A stretch of 64,000 nucleotides of DNA from Chara braunii (taxonomy: Eukaryota; Plantae; Charophyceae). Location: positions 5,613,483-5,677,482 of the forward strand of contig BFEA01000002.1 in the NCBI GenBank assembly GCA_003427395.1, read 5' to 3'. A model generated the notes under the pieces. It was not told the DNA's origin. It worked only from the letters and a program-made list of their open reading frames with translations, and ran no database searches. Position 1 is the first letter of the stretch. The number at the start of each line of letters is the position of its first letter. The position numbers were made by a program, and so were the translations under genes. Positions 11,901 to 23,900 of the stretch are shown one piece after another.

Positions 11901-14900
11901 CGAGAAAGGGGACAAGTTCATAACTGAGTAAGTGTCCTGTGCCAGCCAGGGTGACCAGATTCGTTCTCGGCGGTTCTTAAACCCGATATCAGGATGGATG
12001 CATTCGTTTTCCTTTTTCCTTTCCCTCTTTCCCCTTTTCCTACAAATGCGTCATTTCTGGACAAAAAATAACTTCTTTTATTCGCATGAAAAAAATCCTT
12101 TCTTATAAGATTGCTTGCATCTCTCCGGCAGGATAGACGATTCTTTTTTTTTTTTTTAATTTTAAATGCGTCACTTCTGGACAAAAAAGCCAGTTTTTTC
12201 TTAGTCGCATGAAAAAAATCCTTTTCTTATAATAGTGCNNNNNNNNNNNNNNNNNNNNNNNNNNNNNNNNNNNNNNNNNNNNNNNNNNNNNNNNNNNNNN
12301 NNNNNNNNNNNNNNNNNNNNNNNNNNNNNNNNNNNNNNNNNNNNNNNNNNNNNNNNNNNNNNNNNNNNTTTTTTTTGAAACATAGACGGCCTTGAGATAT
12401 TATCATTGAGCTGACCGACCCCAGGCAATTCATTAGTAGCTGGTTTTCACTCATCAAGTTCCATCATCTGGATTCGAACACAGCACCTGGTCTGTATTTC
12501 AACATTTCATGGGTGTACCCACTGAGCTAGGCTCTTGGGTGATATCCGATTCTTCGGTCCTACCCCTTTGACGATGTAACTTGCGAGCGGGCATACTTTT
12601 TTTGTGGTTTCCTGATGTACCTGGCCGCAATTTCGGCGTTTATTCAGTCGGAATCTTTCAGGCTTTGCGGCCAAGTCCTCCTTCACCTTCGGTCATTTAA
12701 ACCACCTGTGCGGGGCTCTCTCCACTCCTGATGACACGCACAAAAGACAAAATATGGTTGTGAATCTGCTGATGGTCTAGCGGAAGGTTCATTCTTTTTT
12801 CTTTCCTTTCTAATCTATTGTCTTCTCTCATTGTACTCCCATATACTTTTTTCTTCTCTCAATGTATTCTATATAGTTTTCCTTATCTTATTCATCCTCT
12901 CGCTACTCTCTTATGTATAGTATAGGGGAACACTAACCGAGCCTGGGGCATTTTTTTTTAATATCCATGTGATTAACCCCGAAGTATTTGCCCAGGGGCC
13001 TAGTTCAGTTAAAAACCAAAGTATTTGCCTGCGGGCCTACCGTCTTCCCCCGAACATAACGCACCCTAAAAATGAATGTATACAAGCTATATTTCCGCCA
13101 GATACACCCGAAATAAGAAAAAAAAAGGTGTTCGGGGGAAGACGATAACTCGGCTGGTAAGGCACAAAAGTTGCACTGAGGAGGTCGTGGGTGCAATTCC
13201 CAATTGCCCTCACATACGGTGCCCTCACATACGTGTTCTACCAGCTACTAGCTAGTGATAACCCGTTGTTGTCCCCCCCAAGGCAGCATTGGCAGGACCT
13301 TGGGCGAACGTTGTTGATTGGTATCCAACAGCGATATTGACCATTATTTGTAGTGGGTTTTTAGTGGGTTTGGGTTCCTAGTGGGCGTGGGTTTCAGGTG
13401 GGTTGGGGTTATTAGCAGGTTGGGTTTCTAGTGGGTTTGAGTTTCTAGTGGGTTTGGGTTTCTGGGTTTCTAGTGGGCGTTGGCTTCTACTTGGCATGGT
13501 TTTGAGGTGGAACTCGTTGTGCCCCCCAAGCCGGCATTGGCAGGACCTTGGGCCAATGTTGTTGATTGGTATCCAACAGCGATATTGACCATTATTTGTA
13601 GTGGGTTTCTAGTGGGCGTGGGTTTCAGGTGGGTTGGGGTTTCGAGTGGGTTTGGGTTACTTGTGGGTGTGGGTTTCGAGTGGGCGTTGGTTTCCAGTTG
13701 GCATGGTTTTGAGGTGGGACACCGCGACCTAAAAAAATAATTATGGGTTTGGCAAAGCAAAAACCTCTTCTTCGGTGAAGGCGTGATAAAGATTACCCCT
13801 TAAAGTAATCCTAAAAAGAAAAATCTGGGTTTGGCAGAGCAAAAACGTCTTCTTTGGTGAAGGCCTGATAAATATTTCCCCTTTAGGTAAACCTAAAAAA
13901 AACAAATCTGGGTTTGGCAGAGCAAAAACGTCTTCTTTGGTGAAGGCGTGAGAAGACGTGATAAATATTTCCCCTTTAGGTAAGCTTTCCCTGTTCTGAG
14001 AAACCTTTAGCGGTCGTGACGGGAACCTTTTTTTTTTTTTTTTTTTTTTGACAAGGAAAGACAGTCAATTATATTCCAAAAAGAACTTCAGACCGAGGCC
14101 GGGGAAAGCTCACAATTCTACACGGAAATATGTGGCAGCTTCAGCCAGTTTAGCTTAATTATACAAATCACTTCTACTACTGTCTACTCTAAATCCGCCT
14201 GCTTCCTCATATTTTCCTCTGATTTATGTCATAGCTTCACCAGTTAAAAAAAAAAGCCTCTCTGTGTGGAAAAGCCTTTTCTAGATCTGGATGACAATTT
14301 CTCTCCTGTCATGCGAACCGTTGTTTGGTCTTTTTTACCCAATTTTCATCTAGCCTACCAGCCGGGCCGCCCGGGTCACCTTGTTTTCCCGGGCGGTCCG
14401 GCCGTGCGAAGACCTAAGAAAGATCCCGGCCAAAGAAAGGAAAATCCAAAAAAAACTGAAAAAAAAAGTTATGCAGAAAAATGAACGGAACAACTGTTGC
14501 CTCAGGGTCACATTGATTTTCTTTAATTAATTAATTTTTAAAAAAAGTTTTTTTCTTATGTTTTAAAATGCCCGGCCGGGTAAATGGTCCCCGGCCACTC
14601 TGGTACCCTATATTTTTACCCATTTTGAGTAATGCCTTCAGATACGGGTTAGAGCATCTCTAGATTCTCTACTTTTTTGGAAATTGCTGTTCGGGACTTT
14701 TTTTTTACCGTTTTAATGACAGAATTACCCCCTGTTTCCCCNGCCAATCTCACGATGCTCTTTTTTCCGAAAATGGGGCTGCGTCGAATTAAAAACGAAA
14801 GTTCTCTCTGTTTCTACTGACGTCTCTGACAATCTTCCTATATGATGAATGATATGTTTTGTAGCTTATAATGTTTTTTTCCCTTCATGACAAACCTTGT

Positions 14901-17900
14901 TTCCTTTTTAATGACCGAGTTTCTATTATTTTGTGTTCCACTGTTTTGAGAAGTTGATGAAGAAGGTGCAGAATGCTTTAAGGAGGGTGAAGGGGAAAAA
15001 AAAGAAGAATGCTTTTGGTTGATGTGCTTGCTGCACGCTAGTCTCGGGCATCATATACGAACAAAAGAGAAAGGAAGAGAAAGTGGAAAGGCTTTTCGGT
15101 ATAGTTTTATTAACGTTTTGGTTATGTTTTTTAGAATCTATGTCCTCTAAAACCTTACCTCTTTTTGTCTATATCCAATAATTTCTCGTTGACCACGACT
15201 TGTTGGAACAAGGCTCTCCACCGCTTTTCATCCTGTGTGCATTGGTTCAAAAATTAGGGTTTGAATGGATCTATGGGGGTTTAAAATTAAGGCTTTGTGC
15301 ACCCAAGAACTGTTGAAATGCAGACCCAAGTTGAAATCCGTAGTTTTAGGTTAGGGTTTTGATAGATCTATGGTGGTTTAAAATTAGGGCTTCGTAGCTC
15401 AGTTAGTACACCGAAGAACTGTTGAAATATAGACCCGAGTTCAAATCCGTATGATGATGGGATCAGATGAACGATATATATCCTCCTGATTGATGAGTCG
15501 GTGAAACTCCGCCGAAACAGTTTCTGTCACAGCCGCTCGTTTGTTGTCTCCTCTTCTCCACTTCTCCCTCTCTTCCTACGTACGGTTTCCCGGCCAGATC
15601 TGTTTGACGATACATACATCACAGCCCCTCGTTCGTTGTCCTCTTCTCCCTCCCCTCCCTCTCTGCCTACGGTTTACCGTAGGCAGCTCTATTTGTCGAT
15701 ATATTCTGGGCTACCTACCAGCTGGTCCACTCGGGTCTCCTTGTTTGACTGCGGTGGCCGGGCCGTGCAAGTACCAGTGAAGGGCCCAGCCAAAAATTCT
15801 GAAAAAAAAACTACGTAATGGACAAAAAGTACTCTGAACAGCTTTTGCCTCACGGTCACATCGAAATTCTTTACCGAATTTGTTTATTCTTTTTTGGCCC
15901 TGCTGGGCCACTTGCCCTGGCCACTCTGGTAGCCTATATTTGTGCAATCAGACTTGCTATCTTTCACACTTCACATGTATGCAAACAGGTGGGCAGCAAA
16001 CTGGCGACAAGCGCCCACTCAAACTCAGAGATATGGTAGCCGAGAACACAGTTCAGATACAAGTTCACTTCAATGGCTATGGCGACACATCGCCCACACA
16101 ACCCTCTGTTCGCACACACAGGATCACCCTGGATATCCCACACAGGATACTCTGTACACACATACACACACACACTCGCAACACTCTACCTACAGCTATG
16201 GTGGCTATGGCGGCTGCTACCCTATCGCTATGGCTAAGCTCCTTCTCGCCCACTTCGTCCTCGGGCTCACTGCAGACCACCTCGCACAAGTCGCTGTGGC
16301 AGAGCTTCCGCATGGCTCACGCAGGAATGAATGAATGGCTGGGCGCTGCCCTCTGATTTATACTTCTGTAGTTCGTTGGTCTGGCCCTTTCCCATGCCCG
16401 TAGTGCACACAGTCCCATGCGGTACTTGCTTGACTGGACTAGGGCTGACTGGGAGTGGGACTGCTGACTCAGCACGTGTAGACTCTACCACTTGCCCACT
16501 TGCCTCAGCCTAAACGTGGGCAACTTCGAAAGGCCACTGCTAGGGCCTTCCGGAAAGCCGTGGACTTGGCCTTTCGATACTGTAGCAGCTACGACCTTAA
16601 CCCTTCACTAGGACTCCTACCCGACAGGTCTACGGATCGAACCTCTACTACCTACGGACCCTACGACAGCCTACCAACTGTTACGAATACACAGGTCACG
16701 GGTTCAACTCTAGGGCTCGGCACAGATACTGTACACAGGTAAGGTGAGGACTAGGGATCGAGCCCTGGGATCTGCATCGGCTACTGCGAACAGGTGATTA
16801 CCGTTTCATTTGTACTGTTTGACAGTATATTAAATGGTTTGAATCAATCTATTGCTTTTTTTTTTTTTATCCTCATTTTGTGAGCTTTTCTGCTTTGTTG
16901 CTTGCAGCCAGTGCGCTACTGTCTTCACGAAGTCGAAGAAGAAGGTGGAGAAGGGAGTGGCTTTCCCCACTTGTGTATCTGTCAACAATTGCGTTTGCCA
17001 TTTCTCTCCGCCAGCAACTGACCAGACGGTGCTATCGGCGAACGACATTGTAAAGATGTAAGATTCAACTGCCCATCTTTTTCTTTCGTCCTTGCTTTTT
17101 GTTGTTGTTGTTGTTGTTGTTGCTTGCCCTTTCTTTCTTTGTCTTTAGATCCCATTCCAAATTTTCTGTGTCTGCTTTATTATCTCTTTCGAAGGGTAAG
17201 TAATGAATGGCATTTGTTTGAGTGGCGGGTTGATGATACGACGTGCAAAGGTTGGAATCCTTTTTACTTCAGGCCAGGGGGAATGCTCGACCTTCTGAGC
17301 CACGTGGGCCGTTTGTCTCGATGGGATTGTAATGGTATTTGTTTGTGTGGCAAGCAGATGGATGACGATAGTTTGTTGCTATAGCATTGCTATTGCTATA
17401 TGATATTTATGTCTGCTCATGTGGTATGCATGATCTTTTGTTTGTATTTTCTGGCTCAGGATGGGTCTTTGATGCATAACCCCTGGTATTGATTGGTTAT
17501 AGATTTTAGCGTGTCTGTGAGTCGATGCGATGTTCCCTGCAGATGCCATTCTCTCCTTGCTGTGTTATTACCCTGAGCGTAATGTCGTTTTATCATGGCT
17601 GTATTTGGCCAGGATGGCGACTGTATACATGTTCATGATGAGGGAAGTTTTTATCATGGCTGTTATTGGTCACAATGGCGACTGTATACATGTTCATGAT
17701 GAGAGTTTTGTTTGGGGTGGGGGAATAAGGTATATGGTATATGGTCANATCATGGCTGTTATTGGTCACAATGGCGACTGTATACATGTTCATGATGAGA
17801 GTTTTGTTTGGGGTGGGGGAATAAGGTATATGGTATATGGTCAGAGATGTCTCTGTGCTGTGCCGTCCGTTGTCGTAATTATGCTTAGATTGGTGTTCCT

Positions 17901-20900
17901 GGTCGTGGCTTGTGTGCGAGTTCGTCGTTTTCTCATGGCTGTATTTGACCAGGATGGTGTCTGTATACGTTCATAATGAGACGGAGTTTTTTTGGGTGAG
18001 GAATAAGGTCGTATGCCGTCAAAGAATGTTGCTTTGCTGTGCCATGTGTTGTCGTAATTATGCTTATGCTTAGATTGCTGTTTTGTTGTGGCGGCTTGTG
18101 TGTGCGTTCCCTTCTCTCTGTTGTTCGTTCAATACAGTGATCTCGGATGTCACATCGACGGTTTTATCGCGGTGGTTGCACATACTGTTGTCCTCCAAGA
18201 GCCAGGCACGCCAGTGGCTGGAAAAGCAGCAGATGTCATGCAAGCTGCTCAGACTGCTTCTGAGGTTGCTATCCGTCTCGTGCGGCCGGGGAAGAAGGTG
18301 TGTATGCAAACGTGTTTGTGCTTCGACGATATTCGAGTCGTATTCTATTTTGTTGGGACTTTCGTTTTTTTGAATTTGGACCGTTTCTCGATTAATGTGT
18401 GTCATCCTTGCGCAGGGGCCATGCTAATCTTCATTCTGTGTATTTCCAGTTTTAACGGATGTCCTGAAGGACAGAACTTTGGGTATTCTAGTGGGCCAGT
18501 GGTGTTGTAATTGTATTCTATTCTGTTGAAACTCTGTGTATTCTAGTGGGCCCAGCTCCACGGGCTCTCTCTGACCGGTCAGGTGCCCAACTGGGTGCAA
18601 AGTCCAGAGCTCGTCGAGGCAATCCCGGGAAGTCCAGCACGGAATCTTAAGAATGCGAGGATTCAAAAACGTCGGGGAAAACAAAATCATTTTGAATGCG
18701 AACTTTTTTGTCGAAAAGTCGCTCTGACAATCTCTAGTACAGTCAATCGACAAGATCCCTAGCGCATTCAAACGAGAAGATGAGTAATATATCAAGTAAA
18801 GTAAAAAATAGAAGATGCACCCCTGTAGCACCTGTATACCCCTGTTAAATCCTGGATTTTTTTAACCTTGTTACCGTCCAACTGCATTTAACGAAACAAA
18901 TAATTAATAATATTGAATAAAATAAGGGGAGATGCACCCCCATTGCCGTTGGTTGTGTGTTTGAGTCTTGTATGCGGATTACACACAGGCCTGGCTCCCC
19001 ACTGTGTTTTTTCTCGGGGTGCGAAATCCGCGATGGGGAAAAAAAGCTCAGAGGTTCTGGTGGTTGTTTAGTGTTCGAAGTGGGTCAAGGGGGGGTAATT
19101 CAATATGGAAGTAAGGGTCCGTCTTCGTGTCTGGTTTGTCGTCTTATACAGGAGTCTACAATGCTTCTTCTGGATGTTGTGCTGGTGGAGGAGTTTGACA
19201 ACGTTGATTTGAAACATCTGCAGTGGAACCTGGACAGGATTTTGTACTGTGGTGCAAAGATATTTTGCTGCTTTCCTGATATGATGTTATTGGAAGCGAG
19301 CAGCAAACTGCGAATCGTTTTCCTGGCATCGCTTAATTGGATGGGTAGGGAAGTCAAGTTTTGATTGGCTAGGGTATATGTTTGACGACGGCTTTCCCAT
19401 GTCAGGTGTGCTATGGTTTCTATTTGCATTCATTCAATGTTGCATTCATTCGAAGAATGCGATGCGGTGACAAGCTCAAGAGGAGGATGATGAAACGCAC
19501 TGGGCACCGACTCTCCGTGAGAGAGATGCTTGATAGGGCCTAGAAAACCCAATCCTGACTCCTCTCTCCCTTTCCCCCGCTTCGCTTTTCCCTTTTTCCC
19601 CATCCTGCGGACCGGGGCCGAACGGACTGATTGCCTTGTATGGTTGTGATCGGACCCGAAGGTGAACCGGTTATTGGGCCGGAGTTTAAGTGGCTGGATG
19701 TCACACGTGTGTAACTTCTAGTATACAGATCGGGAGTTCAAGCCGTAACAGGATCAGGTGGATACAATAATGGTAAAGGATGGGAGGAGGGATAGGAGGG
19801 TATGCCATCATCCATCTTGCGAACGGGGGCTGAAGGGACTGCCTTGAAAGATTGCAATTGGACTCGAGGGGAAGCTGCGTATATAAAACCAGTCAGCCCA
19901 TGTTGTCTGATAACGTTGACGTTTTGGCGTATTGAATGTGCTAATCTGTCCCACGTTTGCTAGAATTTTAACCGTTGGAAAGGAGGAAGAAGGATGAAAC
20001 GCACTGGGCACTGATTAATCCTTTGTGATCGAGATGCAAAAAGGGACTTGAAAACCCATGGCCGACTTCCCTTTTATTAGGTGACCAGATTTCTTGGCTT
20101 TGTTGCTGTACTGGATTTGCTAATCTGTCCCACGTTCGCTAGATTTTTTAACCGTTGTAAACGAGGGAGAAGGATGAAACGCACTGGGCACTGATTAATC
20201 CTTCGTGATTGAGAGGCGAAAAGGGCCTAGAAAACCCATTGCTGACCTCCCTTTTATTAGGTGACCAGATTTCTTGGCTTTGTTACTGTATTGGATTTGC
20301 TAATCATCTCCATGGTCGCTATAGATCTTTAACTGTTGTATACGAGGAAGGAGGATGAAACGCACTGGGCACTGACTAAACCCTTTGTGATCGAGACGCA
20401 AAAAGGGCGTAGAAAACCCATTGCTGACTTCCCTTTTCATGCATTTGAAACATTGTATTGGAGATAGACTTCACTTCGGAGAGGATGCCTTGTTGTTCTT
20501 GAAAGACAAAGAACCTGTCCAAAACCAGATTCCAAGACGAATAGCCCCAGCGAATGTGCATTTCTGAGGGCTCTTTTTCCGGGTCGAAACGGAGGGGTGA
20601 AAATGGACTTCGCAGTGTCGGCAACAAGTCCGGCATATTATAATGGACACACTGACTGATTCATGGTAAAAGGGAGTTAAACACTGGAGAGGAATGTGTT
20701 TTCGCACTCTCTTTTCGACATAGAGAAAAAAGGAAACAAAGTGTGATAGGGAGTTGTCATATTGCACTGGGCACTTGAAGGGGGAAGAAGGATGAAACGC
20801 ACTGGGCACTGATCTCTGTGATCGAGACGCGAAACGGGCCTAGAAAACCCATTTCTGACTTCTTATTCTCACATGTCATGAAAGAATTGAAGCAAGGTAG

Positions 20901-23900
20901 GTAGGTTGAAGTTCGGGATAACGCCGGGGCATTGACTTTGTGTTGTGGGCTAGAGCCTGTCGATCGTAGGGGAAGAAGGATGAAACGCACTGGGCACTGA
21001 TCTTTGTGATTGAGAGGCAAAACGGGCCTAGAAAACCCATTTCTGACTTCTCTTTCTCACATGTCATGAAAGGATTGAAGGAAGGTAGGCAAGTTGAAGG
21101 TAGGGCCTTTGACTTTGTGTTGTGGGTGAGAGTGGCTTCGATTGGAACCTGTCGATTGTAGGGGAAGAAGGATGAAACGCACTGGGCACTGATCTCTGTG
21201 ATTGAGACGCAAAACGGGCCTAGAAAACCCATTTCTGACTTCTCATTCTCACATCTCAGAAAAGGATTGGAGGAAGGTAGGTAGGTTGAAGTTTGGGATA
21301 AGGCCGGGGCATTGCCTTTGTGTTGTGGCTGAGAGCGACTTTGAGTGGAACCTGTCGGTCATAGGGGAAGAAGGATGAAACGCACTGGGCACTGATCTCT
21401 GTGATCGAGACGTAAAACGGGCCTAGAAAATCCATTTCTGACTTCTCATTCTCACATGTCAGAAAATGATTGGAGGAAGGTAGGACGGTTGAAGTTCGGG
21501 ATAAGGCCGGGGCATTGACTTCGTGTTGTGGGTGAGAGCCTGTTGATCATAGGGGAAGAAGGATGAAACGCACTGGGCACTGATCTCTGTGATCGAGAGG
21601 CAAAACGGGCCTAGAAAACCCATTTCTGACTTCTCATTCTCACATGTCAGAAAATGATTGGAGGAAGGTAGGTAGTTTGACGTTCGGGATAAGGCCGGGG
21701 CATTGACTTTGTGTTGTGGGTGAGAGCCTGTCGATCGTAGTGGAAGAAGGATGAAACGCACTGGGCACTGATCTCTGTGATCGAGACGCAAAACGGGCCT
21801 AGAAAACCCATTTCTGACTTCTCCCTCTGGCTACAAAGGGATTGGACGGAATTTCTTTCACCAAGGTAGGATGGGCTGCGGATTCTCGATGAGAGACGGA
21901 TCGCTGTGATCGAGAGGCAAATCCGGCCTGGGAAACCCATTTGTGACTCGCTCTGGCCACAAAAAGGATTGCACGGAACTGCTTTGACCATCTCTTCCAG
22001 ATGGAGAAAGCGGGAAAGGACGTTGGCTGATTGAAGGGGGAGCAGGATGAAACGCACTGGGCACTGATCTCCTCTGTGATCGAGAGGCAAATCGGGTCTA
22101 GAAAACCCATTTCTGACTTCTCCTTCCGTCTTGTTATTAAGCTGTCGAATGAATGGAATTCAATTTGTCGAGGGATGCAGACTGAAAAAGAAAAAGTAAA
22201 AGAGAAAGTAAAGAAAGGGATGCAGACTGGAGTTGGAGCTAAAGGGGAAGACCACTTTTGTTCTATGCTGCGGTCAAGGAAGGGATGAATGAGTCTAGAG
22301 AGTTTTCTCGTCAGAATCGTATCTCCTTTTCAAATGACATTGGAAAGTAAGACATAGTATGGTACAGTACTACACATGATATTTTTGAGGAACAGGGACG
22401 TTTTGCATAGTAATAATTATGTGGAAACGTAGGCGTCAGGCGTAAGTATGTTTCCACTTTCTTTTGTTGACTGTAGGGGGAGGATGATGAAACACGCTGG
22501 GCTCTGATCTCTGTGATAGAGAGGCGAACTGGGCCTAGGAAACCCATTTCTGACTCCTCCTTTTGAGGTGTTTGGAGTTGTATATTTTTAGTTCAACGTA
22601 GGTGAACTGGAGTTTGTCGTGAAGGGCAGAACACCCACTGTATGCTTTGGATGAGGGGCTGAATGAGTTGCATCTCCTTATTTCTGTCGTATGTGATTTT
22701 CAAATGAAGTTGGAAAATAAGCTGCGGTGTCCTTCGGGACATCCGCTGAAATTGGAACGATACAGAGAAGATTAGCATGGCACCTGCGCAAGTATTGACA
22801 CGACTAACTCGAGAAATGGTCCAAACGTTTTTAGGAAAATACGGTGCGGCATATGGTACATGGTCTTTCGTAAGGAACAGGTACATTTTTTTGTGTCATG
22901 TAATTACTGTCTTCTGCATCCGAGTAAAACGTATGGTCATTGTAGCGGTATTTGGTGTATCTTTCCGTGTAGATACAGCAGTAACGACCGTAGGTTGTAT
23001 TCGGGTGAAGAAGGGTAATTAGTAATTACTAATTAATTTATTAATGATTATTACCTTGGAATGCACAGTTTGTAGTCCTGTGGGCAGTCAGGTGGAAGTG
23101 CAATCAGAGCCAGAGCAAGTTTTTTTTTTTTTTTTTTTTTTTTTTGATGAATCGATTTGAGCACAGTGGAGGGTAGTTACTTTTGGGCCTCCGTCCACTG
23201 TGTAATGCTCTTCATGCATTTGGATGCTTTCTGGATAGGATACATCAAGATGTCGGAATCGTCCGAATGCAGCTGGTCAAGAAATTTACCCAAATGCAAG
23301 TAGAATGCCGGGTAGTGCAGCGAGGCCGTTTATTTGAAGTTGGGGGGTGTGTTTGTCAGTAGGGATATGAAATCAGGGTACTGTCAGGCTGAAGTTGTGC
23401 AAGTTTGAAGTCTCCCATATGCATGTGTTTGTCTGAGCAGGTGTCAGGGATGGCGGGGTACGCAGTAAGCAGCTGTGGAAGGTGTTTTGGTGTTGGATTC
23501 CTGTGTTGGCTACACCATAAGTTATCTAGTGCTCTACCTCTTGGAATGAAGATCGCACATGCACATTAATCCACAGCTCCTCCAGAATGGCTGGTTATAC
23601 CCCAGAGAGAAGGATTGAGTTTGTGAGTGAAGTCATCCCTGTGTGTTTGGCAAATCTATGGATCATGTACCCATGTCAGAGATATCTTTTCCCAAGGACT
23701 GTTGCACACTAGAAGTAGAAGAGAGAAAAGACTTTGATCTGTACGAGTGCTTTGTTGTTGTTGTAGTCTCTCTCTCTCTCTCTCCCCTCTCTCTCTCTCT
23801 CTTACATCCAGTATGCTTGTTCTTCCCGTCGCGGATTTACTTTCTGCCTGCTCTCTCTCTCTCTTACATCCTGGGATGCTTGTTCTTCCTATTGCGGAGT

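Noticed and set aside
19480-22560. CRISPR-like repeat-spacer appearance
   Set aside because: Eukaryotic intron, 80-nt repeats, mutually homologous spacers and no cas genes; C/D boxes and an rRNA guide explain it
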